This document shows positions 46,435 to 58,349 of a stretch of 64,000 nucleotides of DNA, piece after piece. The notes under the pieces were generated by a model. The model was not told the origin of the DNA. It did no database searches and worked only from the letters and a program-made list of their open reading frames with translations. The stretch's first letter is position 1. Each line of letters begins with the position of its first letter. This DNA is from Macrostomum hystrix (taxonomy: Eukaryota > Animalia > Platyhelminthes). The stretch spans positions 26,350,001 through 26,414,000 of the forward strand of contig CATNEN010000038.1 in NCBI GenBank assembly GCA_950097015.1. Direction: 5' to 3'. Both the position numbers and the translations under genes were made by a program.

Positions 46435-49400
46435 ATGTGCCTACCCCAGTGGCGTAGATGGATTCGGCCATTGGTATTTACCCTCTACATTGGCCTGGTA
46501 TTGGCTGCGCTACCGCTGTGCATTATCGAATTGAATAGGAAAGGCTCGCCACCTTTAGTACAGGCCTGGTTCATTGCCGGCCTGTTTGTCATGGTCACAC
46601 TGCCCGTGTCACTGTGGGCCATCTTGGCGCACCTCATCAATTACACTAATCCCAACCTACAGCGGTATATCATTCGCATCCTGTGGATGGTGCCAATCTA
46701 TTCCTTGAATGCCTGGTTCGCTCTGCGCTTCCCGCAGCAGTCAATCTACTTGGACACTATGCGAGAATGCTACGAAGCTTATGTTATACACAATTTCATG
46801 ATGTACCTGCTGTGCTACCTGCGGTCCAGCTATCCGGATTTGGAATTCATGCTGGAGCAGCGAGACCCGGTCAGGCATTTGTTCCCTATCTGCTGCCTAC
46901 CAGCATGGCCTATGGGACGGTAAAGACTACATTTGTTTGAAGGCTACCAGATATCCTACCAGATCCTCGGCTTGCAGACACCACCCTACCAGATCCTCAG
47001 CTTGCAGACACCACCCTACCAGATCCTAAGCTTGCAGACACCACCCTACCAGATCCTAAGCTTGCAGACACCACCCTACCAGATCCTCAGATTCAGACAT
47101 AACCCTACCAGATCCTCAGCTTGCATATACCACCCTACCAGATCCTCAGCTTGCATATACCACCCTACCAGATCCTCAGCTTGCAAACACCACCCTACCA
47201 GATCCTCAGCTTGCATATACCACCCTACCAGATCCTCAGCTTGCAAACACCACCCTACCAGATCCTTAGCTTGCAGACACCACCCTACCAGATCCTCAGC
47301 TGGTATATACCACCCTAACAGATCCTCAGCTTGCAAACACCACCCTACCAGATCCTAAGCTTGCATATACCACCCTACCATATCCTTAGCTTGCAGACAC
47401 CACCCTACCAGATCCTCAGCTGGTATATACCACCCTACTAGATCCTCAGCTTGCATATACCACCCTACCAGATCCTCGGCTTGCAGACACCACCCTACCA
47501 GATCCTCAGCTTGCATATACCACCCTAACAGATCCTCAGCTTGCATATACCACCCTACCAGATCCTCAGCTTGCAAACACCACCCTACCAGATCCTCAGC
47601 TTGCATATACCACCCTAAAAGATCCTCAGCTTGCAAACACCACCCTACCAGATCCTAAGCTTGCAGACACCACCCTACCAGATCCTCAGAGTCAGACATA
47701 ACCCTACCAGATCCTCAGCTTGCATATACCACCCTACCAGATCCTCAGCTGGTATATACCACCCTACCAGATCCTCAGCTGGTATATACCACCCTACCAG
47801 ATCCTCAGCCTTAATTGAAGAAAAATTATGTTATCCGTTCGCAGTTGCTCTCAATCAAACATGAATTTTATAGGCCCTTCCTAGATCGTTGCAAGCACGG
47901 AGTGTTGCAGTACTCAGTCATACGGCCTTTAACTACCGTAGTTACTCTGTAAGTAATCATTTAAATCGCAGATTCATATTAATTAGTTGATAATAATTTT
48001 ACACCTGCGTGCGCCATAATCGCTTTACTTTTCTAGTGTCTGCGAGCTTCTAGGAGTCTACGGCGAGGGCGATTTTCTTAAGTTCAACTCAGCTTTTCCT
48101 TATATCCTATTTGTCAACAATTTGTCCCAAGTGGTATGTGTTAATAACTATTGTTTTTTACTTGAAGTTTTTGCTTTGTTGCTAACACAAGTATAAAAAA
48201 TAATTAAATAAAAATAGTTGATATTGTCTCAAATAGTTGAGACTCGACCTCCTAAATCTCCCACACTTATAGTTTCCGCATTATCTCAAAGTCTCCCACA
48301 CTTATAGTTTCCTCATTATCCCAAAATCTCCCACACTTATAGTTTCTTCATTATCCCAAAATCTGCCACACTTCTAGTTTCCTCATTATCCCAAAATCTG
48401 CCACACTTATAGTTTCCTCATTATCCCAAAATCTGCCACACTTATAGTTTCCTCATTATCCCAAAATCTGCCACACTTATAGTTTCCTCATTATCCCAAA
48501 ATCTCCCACACTTTTAGTTTCCTCATTATCCCAGAGATCTCCCACACTTATAGTTTCCTCATTATCCCAAAATCTCCCAAACTTATAGTTTCCTCATTAT
48601 CCCAAAATCTCCCAAACTTATAGTTTTCTCATTACCCCAAAATCTGCCACACTTCTAGTTTCCTCATTATCCCAAAATCTGCCACACTTCTAGTTTCCTC
48701 ATTATCCCAAAATCTGCCACACTTCTAGTTTCCTCATTATCCCAAAATCTGCCACACTTATAGTTTCCTCATTATCCCAAAATCTGCCACACTTATAGTT
48801 TCCTCATTATCCCAAAATCTCCCAAACTTATAGTTTCCTCATTATCCCAGAGATCTCCCACACTTATAGTTTCCTCATTATCCCAAAATCTCCCAAACTT
48901 ATAGTTTCCTCATTATCCCAAAATCTCCCAAACTTATAGTTTTCTCATTACCCCAAAATCTCCCAAACTTATAGTTTCCTCATTATCCCAGAGATCTCCC
49001 AAACTTATAGTTTCCTCATTATCCCAAAATCTCCCAAACTTATAGTTTCCTCATTATCCCAGAGATCTCCCAAACTTATAGTTTCCTCATTATCCCAAAA
49101 TCTCCCAAGCTTATAGTTTCCTCATTATCCCAGAGATCTCCCACACTTATAGTTTCCTCATTATCCCAAAATCTCCCACACTTATAGTTTCCTCATTACC
49201 CCAAAATCTCCCACACTTATAGTTTCCTCATTATCCTAAAATGACCAAACTTATAGTTTCCTCATTACCCCAAAATCTCCCACCCTTTTCCCACACCTTC
49301 CAGTGGGCCATGTACTGCCTAATCCTATTCTACAAGTGCTGCAGACGCGAACTGACCCCAATGCAACCTGTGGCCAAATTTCTGTGCGTCAAATTTGTCG

Positions 49401-49903
49401 TGTTCCTATCATTCTGGCAGTCAATTGCCATTGCTGTGTTGGCTTCGACTGGTGTCATCAGTCGGGTGGAAGCCTGGAAGCTAGAAGATCCCAAGTCTGT
49501 AGCCCGCGGCCTCCAAGACTTCGCCATCTGTCTGGAAATGTTCCTTGCCGCACTGGCGCACTATTTTTCATTTTCTCACAAACCGTTTGCGGACTCCGAT
49601 GCGACTAGTCAGAATTGTTGTCGCTCATTTCTCAGCATGTGGGACGTGTCAGATGTTGGTCAGGACTTTGTTGAACACATTAGCCACGTATCTAACAGTG
49701 TGCGATCTACTTTGCCTAGTAGGCGCAGCGCTGGCACTCTCGTCAATTCCGGATCGGAACGTCGGCCACTATTGGACATGATCGGCGAAGATTGTCCACC
49801 GGGCGAAGATTCGAATGTCACGGTTGATCCGTGCGTGGAGGCCGCGGAGGATTATCCCGATGCCAATAGTCAGGACAATAGGAATCGGATTGTAAAAACA
49901 TAA
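46435..49903 (+). CDS. TMEM184C: Transmembrane protein 184C (OST-alpha family)
   Basis: Exons 46435-46919, 47874-47948, 48037-48133, 49304-49903; motifs LQRYIIRILWMVPIYS, RECYEAYVI, RCKHGVLQY, KFLCVKFVVFLSFWQ, LQDFAICLEM, SMWDVSDV. Confidence 0.95.
46950..47810. repeat. Intronic 30-bp minisatellite
   Basis: Unit CCACCCTACCAGATCCTCAGCTTGCA(G/T/A)A(C/T)A fills TMEM184C intron 1. Confidence 0.96.
48253..49285. repeat. Intronic 35-bp minisatellite
   Basis: Unit ATCTCCCACACTTATAGTTTCCTCATTATCCCAAA fills TMEM184C intron 3 up to the acceptor. Confidence 0.96.
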
Positions 49904-49944
49904 AGTTTCATTTGTGACTGTTGGTTTTTTTTTAATTCTTGGGC

Positions 49945-50620
49945 GCGATTCTGGTAGATTCTTAGGGGTAAGAATTTAGTAGATACTTAAGGTGAGATTT
50001 TGATAGATTCTTAGGGGTGAGACTTAGATTCTTAATTGAGATTTTTAATAGATTCTTAATAGATTCTCAGGGGTGAGATTTAGATAGATTCTTAGGGGTA
50101 ATATTTTTCATAGATTCTTAGTGTGAGATTTTTATCGATTCTTAGGGTAAGATTTGGATAGATTCTTAGGGTGAGATTTTGATAGATTCTTAGGGTGAGA
50201 TTTTGATAGATTCTTAGGGTGAGACTTTAGTATATTCTTAAGGTGAGATTTTTATAGACTCATAATAGAGAATTTAGTAGATTCTCACCTATGGTGAGAT
50301 TTTTATACATTTTTAGGATGAGATTTTGATAAATTCCTTGGTTGAGATTTTGATGGATTCTTAGGTTGAGATTTTGATAGGTTCTTAGGGTGAGATTTTG
50401 ATCGGTTCTTAGGGGTGAGATTTTCATAGATTCTTAGAGGTGAGATTTGATAGATTCTTGATAATTTGCGGGTGAGACTTAGATTCTTAGGGTAAGATTT
50501 TGATCGATTCTTAGGGGTGGTACTTATACTCTTAGGTGAGAATTTTAAAGATTCTTAGGATGAGATTTTGATAGATTCTTAGGGGTGAGATTTGATAGAT
50601 TATTTAGGGCTGAGATTTTG
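49945..50620. repeat. Degenerate 24-bp minisatellite downstream of the TMEM184C stop
   Basis: Unit GATTCTTAGGGTGAGATTTTGATA. Confidence 0.92.
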
Positions 50621-50994
50621 TTTTGTAAATTCTTTACAAATTCAATTCTGGCAAGCGTCTACTCAAGTGTAATTGCAATTGCATGCTTGTTTAATATTCC
50701 TCACTTCCATTTCAGTTCCAGTTATTCTCTTATGTTTATATATGCAAATATAAACAATTTGTAGTGCTGTTTTAGTGATTATATGGATCGGTGGTTTCTG
50801 TATTCTTACAATCAGTGAATCATGTGTGTTAGAGAATCTCAATCAGTCAGCCAATCAGTGTTTCAAAATTATGCTGCGTTTTTAATGGCCAAATTTTTAT
50901 AAATATTTTCTATTTTTCTGTTTTGTTTTAGTTTTTTAAAGTTTTCAGAATATCCGCTTTGGAAAGTCGGGTATGCAGGGCGAGTGATCAGAAA

Positions 50995-51585
50995 TCTAGA
51001 GTGGGTAGTAGAAAAAGTAGAGTAGATAAATCGAAAAAGTAGAGTGGGTAGTCGGAAAAGCAGAGTGGTTTGTCGGAATAGTAGAGTGGTTTGTCGGAAT
51101 AGTAGAGTGGTTTGTCGGAATAGTAGAATGGTTTGTCGGAATAGTAGAGTGGGTAGTCGGAAAAGTAGAGTGGGTAGTCGGATAAGTAGAGTGGGCAGTC
51201 GGGAAAGTAGAGTGGGTAGTAGGAAAAGTAGAGTAGTTAAATCGAAAAAGTAGAGTGCGTAGTCGGAAAAGCAGAGTATTTTGTCGGGAAGGTAGAGTGG
51301 GTAGTCGGAAAAGTAGAGTGGGTAGTAGGAAAAGTAGAGTGGGTAGTCGGAAAAGTAGAGTGGGTAGTAGGAAAAGTAGAGTGAATAGTAGTAAAAGTAG
51401 AGTAGTTAAATCGAAAAAGTAGAGTGGGTAGTCGGAAAAGTAGAGTGGGTAGTCGGAAAAGTAGAGTGGGTAGTAGGAAAAGTAGAGTAGCTAAATCTAA
51501 AAAGTAGAGTGGGTAGTCGGAAAAGTAGAGTGGGTAGTCGGAATAGTAGAGTGGGTAGTCGGCAAAGTAGAGTTGGTAGTCGGTT
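50995..51585. repeat. 21-bp minisatellite (GTAGAGTGGGTAGTCGGAAAA)
   Basis: Tandem units visible. Confidence 0.94.
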
Positions 51586-52109
51586 GTGTACCCAGCAAGG
51601 CTGCTTGTTTTTTCTTTTAAACGCAGTCATTTTTTAACTTCGAGCTACTGAAAATTAATAGTTGATTCTATTATCATTTTGCAGCTTATTAATTGCTCTA
51701 TTCTTTACCTTGTTGTCTTCCTGTAGCCATGTCATTCCAATTGTCACAAGTACTGAATAACGTAATGAAACACTTCTATTTCGCTATAATATGTAATTTT
51801 ATCTATGTGCAGGTGTATTATTACTAACGTGTAAATAAAATACATTACGAGAATACAACTGAGTTTTGCTATTCACAAAAGCCTATTTGAAAACTACGCA
51901 CAATTATAAATAAATATATTTTCTTTTGATGTCAATATTCTAGTTGCCATTGTCCTTCAACTCTGGATTTGAATTGCTTTTTTAGTTCTTTTATTTCTAC
52001 ACCCGCTTTGCCTACCCTTTAACTATCTACTTAGTCCACCATTTAGATCACTTAGTCCAACTTTTTAGACTACTAGTTAATCTAATTTTTTAACTTTTTA
52101 TTCCGCTTT

Positions 52110-52835
52110 TTAGACTACTTATTTATCTACATTTTGAACTACTTAATCTACCTTTCTAACTACTTAATAATCTACATTTTGAACTACTTAATCTACCTTT
52201 CTAACTACTTAATCTACCTTTCTAACTACTTAATCTACCTTTCTAACTACTTAATCTACCTTTCTAACTACTTAATCTACCTTTCTAACTACTTAATCTA
52301 CCTTTCTAGACTACTTAATCTACCTTTCTAACTACTTAATCTACCTTTCTAACTACTTAATCTACCTTTCTAACTACTTAATCTACCTTTCTAACTACTT
52401 AATCTACCTTTCTAACTACTTAATCTACCTTTCTAGACTACTAATTAATCTACCTTTCTAAACTACTAATTAATCTACCTTTCTAAACTACTAATTAATC
52501 TACCTTTCTAAACTACTAATTAATCTACCTTTCTAAACGACTAATTAATCTACCTTTCTAACTACTTAATCTACCTTTCTAACTACTTAATCTACCTTTC
52601 TAGACTACTAATTAATCTACCTTTCTAAACTACTAATTAATCTACCTTTCTAAACTACTAATTAATCTACCTTTCTAAACTACTAATTAATCTACCTTTC
52701 TAAACGACTAATTAATCTACCTTTCTAACTACTTAATCTACCTTTCTAACTACTTAATCTACCTTTCTAGACTACTAATTAATCTACCTTTCCAAACGAC
52801 TAATTAATCTACCTTTCTAACTACTTTGTCTACAT
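52110..52835. repeat. 21-26-bp minisatellite (CTACCTTTCTAACTACTTAAT)
   Basis: Tandem units visible; reverse complement resembles the 50995-51585 unit. Confidence 0.94.
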
Positions 52836-53060
52836 TTCCAAATGCCATAAAGTGGTCTACCATATAGACCACTTTATTTACCTTTCTATATAGATTTCAT
52901 CTACTTAGTCTACCTGCTTAATATCGCATTGATATATTATGACGTTGAAAGTTAAATTATGGTACTATTGAATCTGAATTGAATATTTTACTGACTTCCT
53001 CTTCAAATAAACATTACAGATAATTATAAGTAATAAAAAAGTAAAGAATCAATCAGCAGA

Positions 53061-55747
53061 ATGCTAATCTCCAAGCCAGAGGACGAACTCAACAACGACA
53101 ACAGCAGCTACGATGGATCATTCAACAATCTGCCTAGAGCGGCATTGTCGTCTTATCGGCAGCAGCAGCAGCAGCAGCAGAGTGAGAACCAACAGTCGGA
53201 TAGTATGAGAAATCTTCTAATAGTTGAGTCGGCTGGTAGATCGACTATGTTTCTGATTGAAGCCGTCATCACCAGCATAGTAGCCGCTTGCCTGCTGATA
53301 CTATCCATGGCTGTCATCATTGTACTGCCGCTAATGTACTCGGATGCTGACGAACGCTATCCAATCAGCATCGACCTGCACAATTGCGGCGCCTACGGCC
53401 TTTGGCTGCCGTTTCTAGCCGTCGCTTGGGGCACACTGATGCTTAAAGCCTTCAAGACTGGCGTTATTCGATATGTGAGTTTATCTCGGGGTGAGATTTT
53501 GATATCCTCATTCTCAAAGGGAGAGATTTTGATATCCTCATTCTCAAAGGGAGAGATTTTGATATCCTCATTCTCAAAGGGTGAGATTTTGATATCCTCA
53601 TTCTCAAATGGTGAGATTTTGATATCCTCATTCTCAAAGGGTGAGAATTTGATATCCTCATTCTCAAATGGTGAGATTTTGATATCCTCATTCTCAAATG
53701 GTGAGATTTTGATATAATCGTACTCTTAAGGTGAGATTTTGATATCCTCATTCTCAAAGGGTGAGATTTTGATATAATCGTTCTCTTAAGGTGAGATTTT
53801 GATATCCTCATTCTCAAAGGGTGGGATTTTGATATCCTCATTCTCAAATGGTGAGATTTTGATATAATCGTTCTCTTAAGGTGAGATTTTGATATAATCG
53901 TACTCTTAAGGTGAGATTTTGATATCCTCATTCTCAAATGGTGAGATTTTAATATAATCGTTCTCTTAAGGTGAGATATCCTCATTCTCAAAGGGTGAGA
54001 TTTTGATATCCTCATTCTCAAAGGATGAGATTTTGTTATCCCTATTCTCAAAAGGTGAGATTTTGATCTCCTGATTCTATATGAAATGATATTTTGATAT
54101 TCTCATTTACTTTGTGTAAGATACTCTCATAGTTGAGTCGGCCGGTACTATCCACAGTGAGATTAAGATTTAGAGTCGGTTGAGAATTTAATGCACTCAT
54201 TCTCTCAGAGTGAGATTTTGATGACTTTATTATTATTGTCACATTCTTTCTCTTATTATTTCTCGTTGTTGAAAACTGCAGCTGTCCTTCTTTATTTGCC
54301 ATCGGTCTTGGAAAAAACGAATTGTCCTTGGTTTCGTTGGGCAGGACTTGAAGGTAGGTCTTAATGAGTTCATACTGACCGCCATAGATTCTCGCTTGCT
54401 TTGGGTTGAAACCTTTGGCCTTGACTGGATTGGCACTCTGGTTCTTGGTTCTGAGGTTAGGTAGCTCGTAATACTTCTTGCCGTCGCCGTCTTCTTTTTC
54501 TACGAGTATGTCTCTCTGACGAAGGTGTTGGAGCTCCCTTGACCGCGCTCTCCCAAGACATACAATAAAGTGTAAATCACTTCATCCTGTAGTCGTTCTC
54601 CAGTCGAGCGATCAAAGTAACTGGACAACTTGGTTAGATCGGTGCGCTCTATCGGTTCGTAACGCTTCACGCTCCCGCCTTTAGAATGAAAATCCCGCAC
54701 CTTAACTCGAAGCATGCGATTGGCAGTAGCAAAGTTAGGATCATCGACGATGTTGAGTTCACGCTTGATAATGAAGTGAAAAAATCGCTGGATGCCGGCC
54801 CGAATGCAGACCAAGCTAGATGGCGAGTACGACTCTCCATTCGGTTTAGAAAGCCGAAAGTAGTAGAACCGCAGGTGCTCGTTGAGGCTACTGGGCTCCA
54901 TTGTTTTGAGACTTTCAACAGGATGACCCAAGTCACTCATGTAGCTGGCAAACGCTTTGCCATAAAGGAAAATTTGCTCCTTGGTCGATCTTGGTAGAGA
55001 ATCCACCTCGGCCTTGTCCATGACATCAGTAGCAACAGAAGCTCCATCCTCTTCACATTCCGGCAGATCGACACCAAGCAGTTCATCGTCAGATCGTGAA
55101 TGATCGGTAATGAAGTTAATAAAGTCCTCCAGCTGATTGTCATCTCGGTGATTGTTACTGCTCAGCTCCGCAATGAATGAAAAACTGAGAAGTCTTCGCT
55201 GTAACTTCGAACATTTAAGACCAAAGTTTCTGACGAATTACCATAGACGGTATCTAAATTTAGTCATGCATTATCAACCGTTTGATAATGAAAGATTATT
55301 AAACGCCTATTTTGTGTAGAAATCATGAGACAATAATATTGTGTCTATGGTTTTAGGCTTTGATAATGCTCAGATGACACTCGTGGCTTCGCCACTCGTG
55401 ACTTTGAGCATTATCAAAGCCTAAAACCATAGACACAACTAACCATTGTCTATCAAACATTTTGTTTAACAGTTCTTGTTTATAGCAGTCTTCGATAGTC
55501 ACCCAGCTTTTGTTTAGCACATTACATAATTTCCACTCTAAAAAAACAACTTTCAGTTCAACATGTTCTACTGCACGTGCGCACTCACCACTCTCTGCTG
55601 CGGCTGCGTGGTCGTCTTGCGCTGCTTCTACTATGCCAAAGCCTGGTACCTGCCGCTTATCAGCCAGCCTAACTTGGTGAGGCTGTCTGTCTGTCCTGTC
55701 TGTCTGCCTGTCTGTCTGTCTGTCCTGTCTGTCTGTCTGTCTGCCTA

Positions 55748-55794
<47 letters not shown>

Positions 55795-55819
55795 GCCTGT
55801 CTGCCTGTCTGTCTGCCTC

Positions 55820-55873
<54 letters not shown>

Positions 55874-56191
55874 GGTCTGTCTGCCTGTCTGTCTGTCTGC
55901 CTGTCTGTCTATCTGTCTGCCTGCCTGTCTGTCTGTCTGCCTGTCTGTCTGCCTGTCTGTCTGTCTGTCTGTCGGTCTGTCTGCCTGTCTGTCTGTCTGT
56001 CTAACCAATCCACCCCAATATTGCAGAACTCGAAGCGCCAGTTCGCCATTCAAATCGCCTGCGACAGCCTGTGCTCTGTGCTGCTGCTGGAAGGCTGCGC
56101 TCTCCTAGTTGTCTATGCCCGACTGTTCCATCGGCACTGCTGGCTGGCGGACACCCGGCAGAGGCAGGCGAGCAGAAACCTGACCGTTTGA
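53061..56191 (+). CDS. Uncharacterised four-transmembrane protein (about 232 aa; MS4A/CD20-like topology)
   Basis: Exons 53061-53474, 55557-55676, 56027-56191 with GT-AG phase-0 introns join in frame; four hydrophobic segments; N-terminal poly-Q. Confidence 0.75.
53488..54070. repeat. Intronic 30-bp minisatellite
   Basis: Unit GGTGAGATTTTGATATCCTCATTCTCAAAG. Confidence 0.95.
54260..55451 (-). mobile_element. Truncated Crypton-type element (DUF3504-like tyrosine recombinase) with terminal hairpin, inside an intron
   Basis: ORF 54500-55021 has [35 protein letters not shown] and [17 protein letters not shown]; after a frameshift it continues [34 protein letters not shown]; HxxR and Tyr motifs are absent. 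Confidence 0.78.
55328..55451. repeat. Long perfect inverted repeat (34-bp arms) with central CTCGTGGCTTCGCCACTCG
   Basis: Arms 55339-55372 and 55405-55438; outer pair AGACAAT/ATTGTCT. Confidence 0.92.
55683..56002. repeat. (CTGT)n microsatellite filling an intron
   Basis: Tetranucleotide tandem repeat. Confidence 0.97.
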
Positions 56192-56309
56192 AAATGAGAA
56201 CATGCACGTGATTCTCATTTCATGACGGCAATTAATTTTTTTTTCAAATTTTTTTGTTTTTTGTTTCTTTAATAGAACGATCTTCAATGGGAACTTAAGA
56301 AGTACCAGA

Positions 56310-57560
56310 GGTGAGATTTTGATACTTCTTAAGGTGAGAGTTTGATACTTTTAGGGGTGAGATTTTGATCCTTCTAGGGGTGGGATTTTGATCCTTCTAG
56401 GAGTGGGATTTTGATACTTCTAGGGGTGGGATTTTGATCCTTCTAGGGGTGGGATTTTGATACTTCTAGGGCCGAGATTTTGATCCTTTTAGGGGTGGGA
56501 TTTTGATACTTCTAGGGCCGAGATTTTGATCCTTTTAGGGGTGGGATTTTGATACTTCTAGGGCCAAGATTTTGATCCTTCTAGGGGTGGGATTTTTGAT
56601 ACTTCTAGGGGTGGGATTTTTGATACTTCTAGGGCCGAGATTTTGATCTTTCTAGGGGTGGGATTTTGATCCTTCTAGGGGTGAGATTTTGATCCTTCTA
56701 GGGGTGAGATTTTGATCCTTCTAGGGTGAGATTTTGATCCTTCTAGGGGTGAGATTTTGATACTTCTAGGGGTGAGATTTTGATCCTTCTAGGGGTGAGA
56801 TTTTGATCCTTCTAGGGGTGGGATTTTGATCCTTCTAGGGGTGAGATTTTGATACTTCTAGGGGTGAGATTTTGATACTTCTAGGGCCGAGATTTTGATC
56901 TTTCTAGGGGTGGGATTTTGATCCTTCTAGGGGTGAGATTTTGATCCTTATAGGGGTGAGATTTTGATACTTCTAGGGCCGAGATTTTGATCTTTCTAGG
57001 GGTGAGATTTTGATACTTCTAGGGGTGAGATTTTGATCCTTCTAGGGTGAGATTTTGATCCTTCTAGGGTGAGATTTTGATACTTCTAGGGGTGGGATTT
57101 TGATACTTCTAGGGTTGGGATTTTGATCCTTCTAGGGGTGGAATTTTGATCTTTCTAGGGGTGGGATTTTGATCCTTCTAGGGGTGAGATTTTGATACTT
57201 CTAGGGGTGAGATTTTGATACTTCTAGGGCCGAGATTTTGATCTTTCTAGGGGTGGGATTTTGATCCTTCTAGGGGTGAGATTTTGATCCTTATAGGGGT
57301 GAGATTTTGATACTTCTAGGGCCGAGATTTTGATCTTTCTAGGGGTGAGATTTTGATACTTCTAGGGGTGAGATTTTGATCCTTCTAGGGTGAGATTTTG
57401 ATCCTTCTAGTGGTGAGATTTTGATCCTTCTAGGGGTGGGATTTTGATACTTCCAGGGGTGGGATTTTGATACTTCCAGGGGTGAGATTTTGATACTTCC
57501 AGGGGTGGGATTTTGATACTTCTTAAGGTTCGATTTTGATTCTTATAGAGGTGAGATTTT
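56310..57560. repeat. 23-bp minisatellite
   Basis: Unit GGGGTGAGATTTTGAT(C/A)CTTCTA. Confidence 0.96.
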
Positions 57561-58349
57561 TGACTATTTTATGTTAGAATCTTAGACACCTTGAGGTGAG
57601 ATTTTTAGAGTCGTGGATGTGAGATTTTGAGATGTGAAAAAGATGTGATATTTTCAGATTTATTCGCTGCTAATTTTTTTGTCATTCGCAAATTTCAGAT
57701 TTTTTCCTAAATGTATCCTATTGTAAACATTTTGAATTATATACATTTTCGTGCATACAAGTCGCGTATAATTTTCTGTCAGACACTTTTTTATCCTGGG
57801 TTGTGTTTGAATACATTAGACTCGCTGTGTGAGTGTTTATTTTGAGTTTTTTTATTAGCTACTGGGCTAGCTTCATTTTTATCATAAATTGTGCCACTTG
57901 TTTTGCTTTTTGCAATTTACCCAAACGCATATTTATATCCGCATTACTCTACTTACTGTCCAAATTGCAGTAGTATGTCAAAAATAATTTCGGTTTGGTC
58001 GGAGTAGTGATTTGTTTATAATGATTTTTTGCATTTTTGAGTCTGTCTTTTTTTTCTCAGGCAAATTTTGCTGTGGAATCTGTTTGTGAATATAATTTTT
58101 TTATTACTGATCTTCCATTCAATGAAGCTTAATTACTTTAATATATGATTAATTATTGCCAAACTGTGCCATGCAGACTATTAATTTTCGTTTAACTACC
58201 TTCGTCTCCACTGATTGTGATTATAAATAACTAATGTACTGCTTCAATAGTTTATATTTGCACAAAAATAGTGATATTTGATAATGATATTTTATTACAC
58301 TATCTTTCATATTTTATCTTTATCCGAATCTACACTTTTTTTATGTAGG

